Origin: an uncultured delta proteobacterium
GTDB taxonomy: Bacteria > Myxococcota_A > Polyangia > Fen-1088
Assembly (NCBI GenBank): GCA_963755125.1
Contig: CAVWIP010000008.1
Coordinates: forward strand, 256,001-320,000
Reading direction: 5' to 3'
DNA length: 64,000 bases
The notes under the pieces were generated by a model that did no database searches, had not been told where the DNA came from, and saw only the letters and a list, made by a program, of their open reading frames with translations. The translations under genes were made by a program, and so were the position numbers. Of the stretch, positions 9,185-20,207 are shown piece by piece. Each line of letters starts with the position of its first letter. Position 1 is the stretch's first letter.

Positions 9185-10738
9185 ATGAGCAAAATAGCGC
9201 GGGCCCTCATCTCGGTTTCGGACAAGACCGGCGTCGTGGATCTCGGCCGCCGGTTGGCAAAACTTGGCGTCGAGATTCTGTCCACCGGAGGCACGGCGCG
9301 CTCGCTGCGCGAGGCCGGGCTGACGGTGCGCGACGTGAGCGACTTCACCAGCTTTCCCGAGATGCTCGACGGCCGGGTGAAAACCCTGCACCCGCTCGTA
9401 CACGGCGGCATCCTCGGCCGGCCCACGCCCGAGCACGAGAAGCAGATGAAGGAGCACAAGATCCATCGCATCGATCTGGTGGTGGTGAATCTGTATCCAT
9501 TTCGCGAAACCGTGGCGCGCGGAGCGGCCTTCGAGGAAGTCATCGAGAACATCGACATCGGCGGCCCGGCCATGGTGCGCTCGGCGGCCAAGAACCACGA
9601 ACGGGTGGCCGTGGTGGTCGATCCCAAGGACTACGACCGCGTGCTGGGTGAGATCGAAAGCAAAGGCGAGGTCTCGCCTGCGCTGCGCTTCGAGCTTTGC
9701 CGCAAGGCTTTTTCCCACACCGCCGCCTACGACGGCGCCATCGCCAGCCACCTGGGCCGTCTGGCGGACGACGGCAGCGTGGCCGCGGATTTTCCCGCCA
9801 CCATGCACCCGTCGCTGCACCTGGAGCGCGTGCTCCGCTACGGCGAGAACCCGCACCAGAAGGCCGCCTTCTATTCGTGGGATGCGCCGTCCGGGATGTC
9901 GCTGGCCAAGGCCGAAGTCTTGCAGGGCAAAGAGCTTTCCTATAACAACCTGCTCGACCTCGACGCCGCCATGAAGCTGTGCGCGGAATTCGAAACCCCC
10001 GCGGCGTGCATCATCAAGCACACCAACCCTTGCGGCATCGCGGTTTCGGAAAAAGGCATCAACGAAGCCTTCCGCCTGGCCAAGGAAACCGATCCGGTGT
10101 CTGCCTTTGGCGGCATCGTGGCCTTCAATCGCACCGCCGACGCGGATCTGGCGCGCATGATGGGCGAGGGTTTCCTGGAATGTGTGGTGGCGCCCGACTA
10201 CACGCCGGAAGCCTTGCAGGTTTTCGCCGGCAAGAAGAACCTGCGCTTGCTGCGCGCCAAGCTGGCGCCAGGCGCGGCCGGGCAACTCGACCTGCGCGCC
10301 ATCTCGGGTGGCATGCTGGTGCAATCGAGCGACATCACCACCTGCGCGGCCTCCGCGGGCAAAATCGTGTCCGCGCGCAAACCCACCGCGCAGGAACTGG
10401 CTGACCTCGACTTCGGCTGGCGCGTGGCCAAGCACGTGAAGTCCAACGCCATCGTGTTCGTGGGCGGCGGCCGTACCCTGGGCGTGGGCGCGGGCCAGAT
10501 GTCGCGCGTGGATTCGGTCAAGCTGGCCGTGTCCAAGGCGCGCTCGCCGCTCACCGGCTCGGTACTGGCATCCGACGCCTTCTTCCCCTTCCGCGACGGC
10601 ATCGACGAGGCGGCCAAGGCGGGCGTCACCGCCATCATCGAGCCCGGCGGATCGGTGCGCGACGCCGAGGTCATCGCCGCGGCCGACGAGCACAAGATCG
10701 CGCTGGTCTTCACCGGCGAGCGCCACTTCCGGCACTAG
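9185..10738 (+). CDS. purH: Bifunctional AICAR transformylase/IMP cyclohydrolase
   Basis: [50 protein letters not shown]. Confidence 0.98.
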   Translation: MSKIARALISVSDKTGVVDLGRRLAKLGVEILSTGGTARSLREAGLTVRDVSDFTSFPEMLDGRVKTLHPLVHGGILGRPTPEHEKQMKEHKIHRIDLVVVNLYPFRETVARGAAFEEVIENIDIGGPAMVRSAAKNHERVAVVVDPKDYDRVLGEIESKGEVSPALRFELCRKAFSHTAAYDGAIASHLGRLADDGSVAADFPATMHPSLHLERVLRYGENPHQKAAFYSWDAPSGMSLAKAEVLQGKELSYNNLLDLDAAMKLCAEFETPAACIIKHTNPCGIAVSEKGINEAFRLAKETDPVSAFGGIVAFNRTADADLARMMGEGFLECVVAPDYTPEALQVFAGKKNLRLLRAKLAPGAAGQLDLRAISGGMLVQSSDITTCAASAGKIVSARKPTAQELADLDFGWRVAKHVKSNAIVFVGGGRTLGVGAGQMSRVDSVKLAVSKARSPLTGSVLASDAFFPFRDGIDEAAKAGVTAIIEPGGSVRDAEVIAAADEHKIALVFTGERHFRH

Positions 10739-10749
10739 ACAGTCTCCGC

Positions 10750-12069
10750 ATGAGACACAGGATTCTTCTCGTCGGCTCGGGCGGGCGCGAGCACGCACTG
10801 GCCTGGAAACTGCTGCAAAGCCCACTGTGCGATCACCTGGTGGCCGCTCCAGGCAACCCCGGCATCGAGGCACTTGGCCGCGGCAAAGGGCCGGGCGCCG
10901 GCAAGGTCGTCCTGGCGCCGGTGGCAGCCGAGGCGGTGAACGAACTGGTGGCACTGGCCAGTCGCGAGCGCATCGGTTTCGTGGTGTGCGGCCCCGAGGT
11001 AGCGCTGAACAAGGGACTGGGCGACGCCTTTGCCAAGCAGGGGATTGCGTTCTTCGGCCCGTCGCAGGCAGCGGCTGAGATCGAGGGATCGAAGAAATTC
11101 GCCAAGGATCTGATGAAACGCGCCGGCGTGCCCACCGCGGCCTACGGCAGCTTCGACGATATCGCAGCAGCCGATGCCTTCATCGACAGCCAGCCCGGCG
11201 ACGTCGTGGTCAAGGCTGACGGGCTGTGCGCGGGCAAGGGCGTGGTGGTCGCGTCTTCTCACGACGAGGCCAAGACCGCGGCCCGCGCCATGCTGCTGGA
11301 CCGAAACTTTGGCGAGGCCGGCGCCCGCGTGGTCATCGAAGAACGCCTCACCGGCCGCGAGTGTTCCATGATGGCTCTTTGCGACGGCGAACGCTTCGTG
11401 CTGCTGGCAACGGCCGAGGACCACAAAGCGGCGTTCGACGGCGATCGCGGGCCCAACACCGGCGGCATGGGCGCGTATTCACCGTCGCCGCTGGTCGACG
11501 CGGCTCTCACCGAGCGCATCGCTCGAACAATCTTCGCGCCCACGGTGGCTGCCATGGCTGCAATGGGCCGACCGTTTCGCGGGCTGCTCTACGGCGGACT
11601 GATGCTGACCCCGGATCGCGGGCCCATGGTCATCGAATGGAACTGTCGCTTCGGCGATCCCGAGACGCAGGCGGTGTTGCCGCGCATGGAAGATGACCTT
11701 CTGCCTTGGCTGTTCCACACGGCCCAAGGAACATTGCCCGCCGGCTCGCCAACCTGGTCGCCCGGGATCGCAGTGTGCGTGGTGCTGGCAGCCGCCGGCT
11801 ATCCGGGCAAGGTGCGCAGCGGCGATGCCATCGACGGCCTCGCCGAAAACGGGCAGCTTGCCGGCGAAGGAACCGATCTGGTCGTGTTTCACGCCGGCAC
11901 AAAGCGCGACGGGCAGCGTTTGCTTACCAGTGGCGGCCGCGTACTGGGCGTGACTGCGCGGGGCGCGGACCTCGATTCGGCGCGTGCTCGCGCCTACAGT
12001 GGCATTGACCGCATTCATTGGACCGGCATGCACTATCGCAAAGACATTGGCCTGCGAGGACGAACATGA
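10750..12069 (+). CDS. purD: Phosphoribosylamine-glycine ligase
   Basis: [38 protein letters not shown]. Confidence 0.98.
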   Translation: MRHRILLVGSGGREHALAWKLLQSPLCDHLVAAPGNPGIEALGRGKGPGAGKVVLAPVAAEAVNELVALASRERIGFVVCGPEVALNKGLGDAFAKQGIAFFGPSQAAAEIEGSKKFAKDLMKRAGVPTAAYGSFDDIAAADAFIDSQPGDVVVKADGLCAGKGVVVASSHDEAKTAARAMLLDRNFGEAGARVVIEERLTGRECSMMALCDGERFVLLATAEDHKAAFDGDRGPNTGGMGAYSPSPLVDAALTERIARTIFAPTVAAMAAMGRPFRGLLYGGLMLTPDRGPMVIEWNCRFGDPETQAVLPRMEDDLLPWLFHTAQGTLPAGSPTWSPGIAVCVVLAAAGYPGKVRSGDAIDGLAENGQLAGEGTDLVVFHAGTKRDGQRLLTSGGRVLGVTARGADLDSARARAYSGIDRIHWTGMHYRKDIGLRGRT

Positions 12070-12569
12070 GTGGAAAACTGGGAAGCGACGTAGCCGTCTT
12101 GATGGGGTCGAAGTCCGACCTGGAAATGATGAAGCCGGCGGCCCAGACCTGCCGGAAGCTCGGCCTCAGTGTGGACGTGCGCGTGCTTTCGGCCCATCGC
12201 ACGCCCGAGCAGACCGCGGCCTATGTGCGCGACACGGCCAGGGCAGGCACCAAGGTCTTCATTTGCGGGGCAGGCGGCGCGGCCCACTTGGCTGGCGCAG
12301 TGGCGGCCCACACCACTCACCCGGTGATTGGCGTACCGATTGCCGCCGGCAGCCTGCAAGGCATGGACGCGCTTCTGTCCACTGCAATGATGCCCCCGGG
12401 AATCCCAGTGGCGACTGTGGCCATTGGCGGCGCCGAGAACGCGGGTCTGCTGGCCGCGCAGATCATTGCGCTCGGCGATCCCGCGCTGGCCAAGGCCGTG
12501 GCCGCCGAACGCGAGGCGCGGCTGCAAAAGGTGCTGGAAGCCGACGCCGAAGTGCGCGACAAGTGGTAG
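12066..12569 (+). CDS. purE: N5-CAIR mutase / AIR carboxylase
   Basis: MGSKSD, SAHRTPE, AGGAAHL, PVIGVP, MPPGIPVATV; ATGA overlap with purD. Confidence 0.97.
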   Translation: MSGKLGSDVAVLMGSKSDLEMMKPAAQTCRKLGLSVDVRVLSAHRTPEQTAAYVRDTARAGTKVFICGAGGAAHLAGAVAAHTTHPVIGVPIAAGSLQGMDALLSTAMMPPGIPVATVAIGGAENAGLLAAQIIALGDPALAKAVAAEREARLQKVLEADAEVRDKW

Positions 12570-13141
12570 ACGTCGCCGCTGCAGCCGTGGCGATTCTTCG
12601 TGGCGAAGTCGTCGCCTTTCCGACCGAGACCTTCTATGGCCTGGCTGTCGACGTACTCAATGAGAGCGCATTGTCCAGATTGCGCGCATTGAAAGGCCGC
12701 GAAGCCGAGAAAGCCTTCTCACTCCTGATTTCCGGCCGCGAGATGTTGTCTTCTCTGTGCAGCGAAGTTTCGCCGCTGGCCGCGAGTCTGATGGCGCAGT
12801 ACTGGCCCGGCCCATTGACCCTGGCATTGCCCGCGCGCCCGGGACTGCCCGCGTCTATCGTGGCTGACGGGTGCGTGGCGGTTCGGGTATCGCCCCATCC
12901 ACTCGCACAAGCGTTGGTGGTTGCGCTTGGCCGCCCCATCACCGCCACCAGCGCCAATCCCGCAGGAGCAACCCCATCCCGCACAGCCAGCGAAGTCGCC
13001 GCCTACTTTGGTTCGCCGACTTGTCTGATCCTCGACGGCGGCGCGACCCCCGGCGGTCAGCCCAGCACCCTGGTCCGCGTGCGCGGGGAGCACGTGGAGA
13101 TTCTCCGCCAGGGAGCGGTGGTTCTGGCGGGCGCGGGCTGA
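12563..13141 (+). CDS. tsaC: L-threonylcarbamoyladenylate synthase (TsaC/Sua5 family)
   Basis: VAFPTETFYGL, K.R, WPGPLTL, TATSAN, PST.V. Confidence 0.92.
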   Translation: MVDVAAAAVAILRGEVVAFPTETFYGLAVDVLNESALSRLRALKGREAEKAFSLLISGREMLSSLCSEVSPLAASLMAQYWPGPLTLALPARPGLPASIVADGCVAVRVSPHPLAQALVVALGRPITATSANPAGATPSRTASEVAAYFGSPTCLILDGGATPGGQPSTLVRVRGEHVEILRQGAVVLAGAG

Positions 13142-13196
13142 ACGCTGCGAGGATCGGATGGCGTTGGCCGCCATCTCGACGCGGCTTCAGTGAGGA

Positions 13197-13463
13197 GTGG
13201 CGCTAGGGCTCGACGGCTCATACGACTATTCGCAGGCCGCAGGCCGTGGGCGGGTATCGCCGGAGGACGCGGCGTTTATGGCCGAGGTGTACCGGATCCT
13301 CGACCGCCTGCCCACAGCTGAACGCTTGGCCTGGTCGCTGCGCCATGTGGACGGGGAGCGGCTTGATGAGGTGGCCGAGCACTGCGGTTGTTCGCTGGCC
13401 ACAGCCAAGCGCCGGATCGCAGCCGTGCAAGCACGGATTCAACGGGAGATCGACCATGTCTGA
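13197..13463 (+). pseudogene. ECF sigma factor fragment (region 4 only)
   Basis: LDRLP..ER.AW.LRHVDG..L.EVA..CGCSLAT.KRR; no region 2 is encoded between tsaC and this point. Confidence 0.7.
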
Positions 13464-13911
13464 CCTGGCAGAACGCGTCCGTTCCATCGGCGAGCAAATG
13501 GACGCGAACTACGGCCCGGAGCGCACCACACGGGCGCTGATCCGCTTGCACGCAGGGCTGCGCCGCCGTCGGGCCAGGCGCGTGGCGCTGGGCTCGCTAG
13601 CGGCGTTGCTGTGCCTTTTTGCTGGGGCCTTCTGGGCGCTGCGCCACGGCCACGAAATCGCCGTGCCTGTGACGCGGCCACAGCCCGATGTGTTGTTCAG
13701 CCTGAGCGACGGCTCGGTCGTGACTCCGCTCGACCCGAGTAGCCGCCTGGTGGCCAAGACGGTCTCGCCCCGCCTGGTGGAATTGGAGTTGATCGCTGGC
13801 GGCGCCCGGTTTGACGTGACACCCAACCGGGAGCGCGAGTTCCGCGTGAGCGCGGGGCGCGTGGCCGTCTTGGTGCTGGGCACGAAATTCACGGTCACGA
13901 GGAGTATGTGA
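13456..13911 (+). pseudogene. Truncated FecR-domain anti-sigma/sensor
   Basis: TM helix followed by LSDGS.V, L..G.ARFDV, F.V.AG...V.VLGTKF, then an early stop. Confidence 0.7.
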
Positions 13912-13967
13912 AAACCTGGCCATCGGGAAGTCGCGCGCGCGGTCCGGCGCTTCGGGGGCATCCCCTA

Positions 13968-14140
13968 GTGCAGCCGGGTCTGGTCGTAGTGCTGGTCATG
14001 GCCGTGGAGCTGGGCACCCAGGCCGACAAGGCACCGCTGCGTCTGGAGATCGATGGGTGTCCCGATATCGACCAGGGGGCGGTGAGCCGGGTCTTGACGA
14101 TAGAGCTGGGTGCGACGCTGGAGGACGCAGGCGCCGCGAT
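13968..14140 (+). pseudogene. N-terminal fragment of a secreted protein typical of myxobacterial FecR operons
   Basis: Hydrophobic start then LRLEIDGCPDID..AVSRVLTIELG; sense is lost where the FG-GAP frame begins. Confidence 0.4.
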
Positions 14141-14698
14141 TTCGCAGTTCCCTTGGGCGATCTGGACGGCGACGGCTTCGACGACCTGGCCATCACGACC
14201 TGGCACAATCAAGTACAAACCGATGATCCGGGTTTCGACACAAACATACTTTTCGGCCGGCCCGACCTCTCAACGCTACAGGTACCGTGGGATGTCACGT
14301 TCCCAAACACCACCGCCCTGGTATCGGCCGATGTGGACGGCGACGGCACCCGCGATCTGATCATGGCCAATCCATATGCCAACAATGGGAATGGCGTGGT
14401 GTACATTCGGAGAGGAACAGGCGCGCGCCTGTCGGGTAGCATTGATCCGACCCTGGCCTCGCTCGCCATCCCGAGCTCCTATCGGTGCACTGGCTCGTGC
14501 CTGGGCTATGGTGAGTTCCTCGGTCAGTGGCTGATGGTAGGCAGCGATGTGGATGGAGACGGTTTGGCTGACATCTTGGTGGGTGCGTCTACCACTTGGA
14601 ACAACTCCGTCGGAGTTCCTTCCAACGACCCGGCCACCAACACGGGACATGCCTATTTGCTCCGTGGCGCAGCCATAAAGGCGTCGCTGTCGCCGTAA
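14138..14698 (+). pseudogene. C-terminal fragment of an FG-GAP (integrin-like) repeat protein
   Basis: GDLDGDGFDDLAI, ADVDGDGTRDLIM, SDVDGDGLADILVGA, G.AYLLRG; lacks N-terminus and signal peptide. Confidence 0.7.
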
Positions 14699-14906
14699 CC
14701 GCCAAGGCACCCGCAGGCACCTCCGGCAGTCCTCTCTCCCGGCCGCCGCCTGCGACGGCCGGTCCTAGTTCGACTGTATCGTAAAAGCTGGAGTGAGGGC
14801 GGGCACGATGGAGTAGACTTTCCTGCGTGGTCGCGAACGAGTGTCAGTGCGATAGAATCGACCGCGGTGCCATTGCGACTGAAAAGCGGGAGACCGAAAG
14901 GTTCCA

Positions 14907-16073
14907 TTGAACGGAGACACTCCGCCATCGTCGACCTGGCAGCTTGCTTTGGGGCCCCGCCCTGGGCTCAGCTCGCAGGCACGCCTGTTGGCCCTGGCCC
15001 GATCCAGCCTGGGACTGTCACGCGAGGAAGCGCAGACGCTGTGGGATCGGTTGCCCATGGCCCTGCGGCTGGCCGAGCCCACCGAGCCGCAGATGCAGTG
15101 GTTACGGCAACGCTTCGAGGAACTGGGCCTCGCCGTCACCTTGAGGGCTTTGCCCGGGAAACACCCTGCGTGCACGCGGCATCCCCGCCTGGCCTGCGAG
15201 AGCACCTGCCTGCGCTGTCAACAGACGCCAATCTGCGCGGCCTGTGCCGAACTGGGCCGCCAAGGCATTTGCCAGGCCTGCGAACGCGCGGCCCGGCGCC
15301 GCGTTCGGTTTCGCCGCGTCCGCATCACCGGGTTGCTGGCAATCCTGTTGGCTGTAATTATCGGGACGCTTCGGTCCAACCAGCGCATTGCGAGCTGGGA
15401 ACGCCCTTTGCGCATCGCCATCTTGCCGATCAGTGCGGGTGTGGAAGGCGACGTTCGCGGCTACCTGGACACACTGGCTCCGACGACCTTCGATGAGGTG
15501 GCCAAGTTCGTCCAACGTGAAGGGGAACTCCACCGGGTCGGAACTCGGTCCCTGGTCGAACTGACCTTGGGCCCGAAGCTCGACGACGCGCCCCCGCCGG
15601 CGCCGGGCCCAGACGACCGCTCGGCCGTGAGCGTGGCCTTGTGGAGCCTCAAATTGCGCACCTGGACCTGGCGTATGTCGAGCCGGCTCGGCCTGCCTGA
15701 CGCCGATGTGCGCGTCTTCGCCTTCTTCCACTCGGCGGTGCCGGGCACCGAACTCGAACATTCCCTGGGCATGCGCAAGGGCCGGATCGCCATCGCGCAT
15801 CTTTTTGCCAGCCAGAAGGATGCCCGTACCAACAACGTCGTAATCGCACACGAGATGTTGCACACCCTGGGCGCCACGGACAAATACGACGAGCAAGCCC
15901 TGCCCATCTTCCCCGCGGGCTACGCCGAGCCATCCCGCAAGCCGCGCCTGCCGCAGGTCCGGGCCGAGATCATGGCCGGTCGAATTCCAATCAGCGAAAC
16001 GCTGGCCAAGATGCCCGACAGCCTGGACCAATGCGTGATTGGCCCGGAAACAGCGAGGGAGATTGGGTGGTAG
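14907..16073 (+). CDS. Membrane-anchored protein with Cys-rich zinc finger and HEXXH metallopeptidase-like domain
   Basis: CTRHP.....TCLRC...ICAAC.......CQAC, a TM helix, then AHEMLHTLGATDKY. Confidence 0.7.
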   Translation: MNGDTPPSSTWQLALGPRPGLSSQARLLALARSSLGLSREEAQTLWDRLPMALRLAEPTEPQMQWLRQRFEELGLAVTLRALPGKHPACTRHPRLACESTCLRCQQTPICAACAELGRQGICQACERAARRRVRFRRVRITGLLAILLAVIIGTLRSNQRIASWERPLRIAILPISAGVEGDVRGYLDTLAPTTFDEVAKFVQREGELHRVGTRSLVELTLGPKLDDAPPPAPGPDDRSAVSVALWSLKLRTWTWRMSSRLGLPDADVRVFAFFHSAVPGTELEHSLGMRKGRIAIAHLFASQKDARTNNVVIAHEMLHTLGATDKYDEQALPIFPAGYAEPSRKPRLPQVRAEIMAGRIPISETLAKMPDSLDQCVIGPETAREIGW

Positions 16074-16119
16074 AGATGACGAACCGGAGGTCAACAGCGA
16101 GGCATCGCGACCAGCCGCG

Positions 16120-16845
16120 ATGAGCGCTATGATGGCGGCCATGTCCGACCCTCCTCGCACTGCTCTTTCTCCCCCTGGCCTCGTCGCGGAACGCGAGAAG
16201 GTCATCGCGCGTCTGTCCGACGCCTTCGCTCACGATCACCTGGACATGGAAGAATTTGAACACCGCCTGACCCTGGCGCACGAGCGGGATACCATCGCGT
16301 CGATAAACCAACTCGTGGACGATCTTGCAGTGACGGGTGTGGACGTTTTGCCAGGGGCGGCCCTGGCCCACGCGAGCAATTCCCCGGAACACCAGGAAAT
16401 CACCGCCATCTTCGGCGGCCAGGAGATTTCTGGAGCGAAACCCCTGCCTCGCCGACTCACGATCAGGGCGCTGTTCGGCGGCGTGCAGCTGGATCTGCGC
16501 GATGCCCTGTTCCCCGACGGCATTGTTGATGTGGAAATCAAAGCCGTGTTTGGCGGCGTGCAAATCATCGTGCCCCCGAGCTTGGCGGTGGAGTCTCACG
16601 GAGTCGCGATTTTCGGTGGCTTCGAAGGCCTCAACCGCGCCCCTGCCAGTCCCGATCCTTCTTCGCCGCTATTGCGGGTGCGAGGGCGCGTCGTGTTCGG
16701 TGGCGTACAGATCGAGACACGCCTGCCCGGCGAGAACGCGCACTGGCACCATGACCGCGAAGAACGCCATGCCCTTCGCGCGGAGCGCCGCGCGCGCAGA
16801 AACAAGACCAAGAAACTGAATCCGCGCGGTCCCTATGGCCGATAG
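16120..16845 (+). CDS. DUF1707 (SHOCT-like) + LiaF-C-like (DUF2154) protein
   Basis: EREKVIARLSDAFA...L...EFE.RL; repeated AIFGG/ALFGGV/AVFGGV.I.VP. Confidence 0.8.
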   Translation: MSAMMAAMSDPPRTALSPPGLVAEREKVIARLSDAFAHDHLDMEEFEHRLTLAHERDTIASINQLVDDLAVTGVDVLPGAALAHASNSPEHQEITAIFGGQEISGAKPLPRRLTIRALFGGVQLDLRDALFPDGIVDVEIKAVFGGVQIIVPPSLAVESHGVAIFGGFEGLNRAPASPDPSSPLLRVRGRVVFGGVQIETRLPGENAHWHHDREERHALRAERRARRNKTKKLNPRGPYGR

Positions 16846-17038
16846 GTTCAACCTGACCACGCCCCGCACGTGCGATTCCGCACGCCTGTGCGGACCCGCC
16901 CAGCGCCAAGGGCGGCACGCCAGTGCCGATGTGCGCGCTCCAGACCTATCCCCCGGTGATGTTTCGCGAACTGAGCACGCAGCGTGGACACATGAGCACC
17001 GTTGCAAAAGGTGCGTTTCTTGCTAGGACTCGGCCCTC

Positions 17039-17866
17039 ATGCACACGGACGCAAACCCTGTCGATGCCGAACGCAGCCCAAAGCTGGGCGACGAGTGGCG
17101 CGATTGGGATGGCCATGCCACGCCCGACGCGGCGGCGCCGAAGCGTCTCTTCTTCGCCCTCATCGTGGGATTTCTCGGCGTCACGGTAGCGGCGAGCCTT
17201 CTGTCGTGGTACCTGGTGGCGCCGCGCCTCGCCGAGTGGCACGCGGCAGCCCCGGCCGTGCTGCTGGACCTGCTGGCGATCCTGCTCACCGCGCTCAGCG
17301 TGGCGCTCGCGCTGGTGGCCCTCATGCTGCTCACCGGCTGGCCGCGCAGCACCCGCGCGTCGTCGCTCGCTCGTCGCATCCTCGCCATGGTCGAACGCCG
17401 TGTCTTCTGGTTGGGCCGCGTCTTGTCGATCAACAAGGATCGACTGGCGCACGCCTTCATTCGCACCAACAATGCCCTCGTGCGGCTGGCCCCGCAGGGC
17501 ATCGCTCCGCAGCGCGTGCTCATTCTTCTCCCGCGCTGCCTGCGCAAGGAGCAACTCGACCAGGCGCGAACCCTGGCGAGGGCGCGCGAGGTCGAGGTGG
17601 CCATCGTTGCCGGCGGCGAGCAGGCACGCCAGCGCATCCGGGAAAAGCGGCCGAGCGTGGTCATTGGCGTCGCCTGCGAACGCGATCTCCTGAGCGGCAT
17701 CCGCGACGTTCGTCACAAGCTCTCGGTCCTGGGCATCGCCAACACGCGGCCCAACGGGCCCTGTCGCGATACGCAGATCGATCTGACGGAGCTCGAAGCG
17801 GCGCTCGATCTTTGTGTCCGCCCGGCGACCGCCCCCAACCTGCTAAAGTCGGGGCTCGTCACCTGA
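17039..17866 (+). CDS. DUF116 membrane protein
   Basis: Two N-terminal TM helices; [30 protein letters not shown]. Confidence 0.8.
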   Translation: MHTDANPVDAERSPKLGDEWRDWDGHATPDAAAPKRLFFALIVGFLGVTVAASLLSWYLVAPRLAEWHAAAPAVLLDLLAILLTALSVALALVALMLLTGWPRSTRASSLARRILAMVERRVFWLGRVLSINKDRLAHAFIRTNNALVRLAPQGIAPQRVLILLPRCLRKEQLDQARTLARAREVEVAIVAGGEQARQRIREKRPSVVIGVACERDLLSGIRDVRHKLSVLGIANTRPNGPCRDTQIDLTELEAALDLCVRPATAPNLLKSGLVT

Positions 17867-17885
17867 CAAACTGGAAGCGCCGCAT

Positions 17886-18944
17886 ATGAAGATCATGAAA
17901 CCGCATCGCGACGTCGGCATCGTCGGCTATGGCGCCTACGTGCCACGTTATCGCCTGCCCGGCGTCGAGATCAGCCGCGTGTGGGACGGACAGCAGGGGT
18001 GCACGCCGCCGGTCAAGGAGAAGTCGGTGCCCGGTCTCGACGAGGACGTGGCCACCATGTCACTCGAGGCCGCGCGCAACGCGCTCAAGCGCGCCGCCAT
18101 CGATGCTTCGTTGATCCGCGCGGTGTGGGTGGGTAGCGAGAGTCACCCCTACGCCGTGAAACCGACCAGCACCATCGTCGCGGAAGCCATCGGCGCCGTG
18201 CCGCACACCCTGGCTGCCGACTGGCAGTTCGCGTGCAAGGCGGGCACCGAGGCGATGCAGGCCGCGCTGGGCTTCGTCGGCTCGGGCATGGCGGACTATG
18301 CGCTAGCGCTGGGCATGGATACGGCGCAGGGACGGCCGCGCGACGCGCTGGAGTACACGGCCGGCGCGGGCGGGGCCGCGTTTCTGGTGGGGCCGGCCGA
18401 GCAGTCGCTGGCGGTGCTGGAGGGCTCGACCTCGTATGTGACCGACACCGCGGATTTCTGGCGGCGCCAGCACGAGCACTATCCGGCGCACGCGGGTCGC
18501 TTCACGGGTGAGCCCGGCTACTTTCGCCACGTGCTGGCGGCGGCGTCGGAGCTGATGGCGGGTCTGGGACGCCAGCCCGCCGACTACGCGCATGTCATCT
18601 TCCACCAACCCAACAGCAAGTTTCCCCTGAAGGCGGGCCGCGAGCTGGGCTTCAAGCGCGAGCAGCTCGAGGCGGGCCTGCTGGTCAACGACATCGGCAA
18701 CACCTACGCCGGTGCCGCCATGATCGGGCTCACCGCTGTCCTGGATGTGGCCCGGCCGGGCCAGCGCGTTCTCATGGTGTCGTTCGGCAGCGGCGCGGGC
18801 AGCGACGCCTTCGACTTGCGCGTGACCGACGCGATCAGCGCGCGCCGGGCGTGCGCCCTGAGCACGCGCGACTACGTTGTGCGACGCCACCCGATCGACT
18901 ACGCGACCTATGCGCGTCACCGGGAGAAGATTCGGATGGATTAG
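17886..18944 (+). CDS. Hydroxymethylglutaryl-CoA synthase, archaeal type
   Basis: [60 protein letters not shown]. Confidence 0.92.
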   Translation: MKIMKPHRDVGIVGYGAYVPRYRLPGVEISRVWDGQQGCTPPVKEKSVPGLDEDVATMSLEAARNALKRAAIDASLIRAVWVGSESHPYAVKPTSTIVAEAIGAVPHTLAADWQFACKAGTEAMQAALGFVGSGMADYALALGMDTAQGRPRDALEYTAGAGGAAFLVGPAEQSLAVLEGSTSYVTDTADFWRRQHEHYPAHAGRFTGEPGYFRHVLAAASELMAGLGRQPADYAHVIFHQPNSKFPLKAGRELGFKREQLEAGLLVNDIGNTYAGAAMIGLTAVLDVARPGQRVLMVSFGSGAGSDAFDLRVTDAISARRACALSTRDYVVRRHPIDYATYARHREKIRMD

Positions 18945-18998
18945 CTGGGCGCCCACCGCCAGACTCAGCGACGACAATAGAAGAGATTCAGAACTAGC

Positions 18999-20156
18999 AT
19001 GCGAGATGTATCCATCATCGGAATAGGTCAAACCCCGGTGGGCGAGCACTGGGACAAATCGCTCAAGGAGCTGGCGGCCGAGGCGATTTCAGGCGCGCTC
19101 AAGGACGCGCAGGTGGAGCGCGTCGATGCGCTCTACGTGGGCAACATGTGTTCGGGCACGCTCAACGGGCAAGAGCACTTGGGGGCGCTGATCAGCGACT
19201 GGGTTGGCTTGCGCGGGGTCGAGGCGGTCAAGGTCGAGGCGGCCTGCGGCTCGGGCGCGGCGGCGCTTCGCCTGGGTTACGTCGCGGTGGCGGGCGAGCT
19301 CGCGGATTTTGTGGTGGTGGCGGGCGTGGAGAAGATGACCGATCGCCCCGGCGATCAGGTGACGGCGGCGCTGGCCATGGCGGCCGACGCGGATTTCGAG
19401 GCGGAGAACGGGCTGTCGTTCGTGGCGCTCAATGCGCTGCTCATGCGGCGCTACATGCACGAGTATGAGGTGTGCCACGCAGACTTCGCGCCGTTTGCCA
19501 TCAACGCGCACAAGAACGCCGTCGGCAATCCGAATGCCCTGTTTCCCCACGCCATCACCGCCGAGGATTTCTGCGCGGCCAAGATGATCGCGGATCCGGT
19601 GAACCTGCTCGACAGCTCACCGGTGTGCGACGGCGCGGCGGCGGTGGTGCTGTGTCCCACTGCGCTGGCCCGTCCATTCAACGCGCGGCCGGTGCGCGTG
19701 CGCGCCTCGTCGGCGGCGACCGACTCCATCGCCGTGCACGATCGGCGCGACCTGCTCGGGCTGGAGGGCGCGGCGCTGAGCGCGAGCAAGGCGTATGTCC
19801 AGGCCAAGCTCACGCCCAAGGACATCGATGTCTTCGAGTTGCACGACGCGTTCACCATCATGTCGGTGCTATCGCTGGAAGCGTGCGGCTTCGCCGAGCG
19901 CGGCCGCGGCGTGCGCCTGGGCAGCGAGGGCGACATCGCCATCGGCGGACAGATCCCGATTACCACGATGGGCGGGCTCAAGGCGCGGGGTCACCCGGTG
20001 GGCGCCACGGGAATCTATCAGATCATCGAGGTGGCGCTGCAACTACGCGAACAGGCGGGTACCAACCAGGTGCGCGACGCGCGCCTGGGCATGGCGCAAA
20101 ATATCGGCGGCAGCGGCGCTACGGTGGTGACCACCATTCTGGAGGCGGTGGATTAG
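18999..20156 (+). CDS. Acetoacetyl-CoA thiolase, archaeal/SCP2-like type
   Basis: VEAACGSG, GVEKMTD, SPVCDGAAA, ELHDAF, GGLKARGHPVGATG, QNIGG. Confidence 0.92.
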   Translation: MRDVSIIGIGQTPVGEHWDKSLKELAAEAISGALKDAQVERVDALYVGNMCSGTLNGQEHLGALISDWVGLRGVEAVKVEAACGSGAAALRLGYVAVAGELADFVVVAGVEKMTDRPGDQVTAALAMAADADFEAENGLSFVALNALLMRRYMHEYEVCHADFAPFAINAHKNAVGNPNALFPHAITAEDFCAAKMIADPVNLLDSSPVCDGAAAVVLCPTALARPFNARPVRVRASSAATDSIAVHDRRDLLGLEGAALSASKAYVQAKLTPKDIDVFELHDAFTIMSVLSLEACGFAERGRGVRLGSEGDIAIGGQIPITTMGGLKARGHPVGATGIYQIIEVALQLREQAGTNQVRDARLGMAQNIGGSGATVVTTILEAVD

Positions 20157-20207
20157 CACGACTGCGGCGCTTGACAGCCACGGCGGCGAAGAGCAAAGAG
20201 GGTTTCC

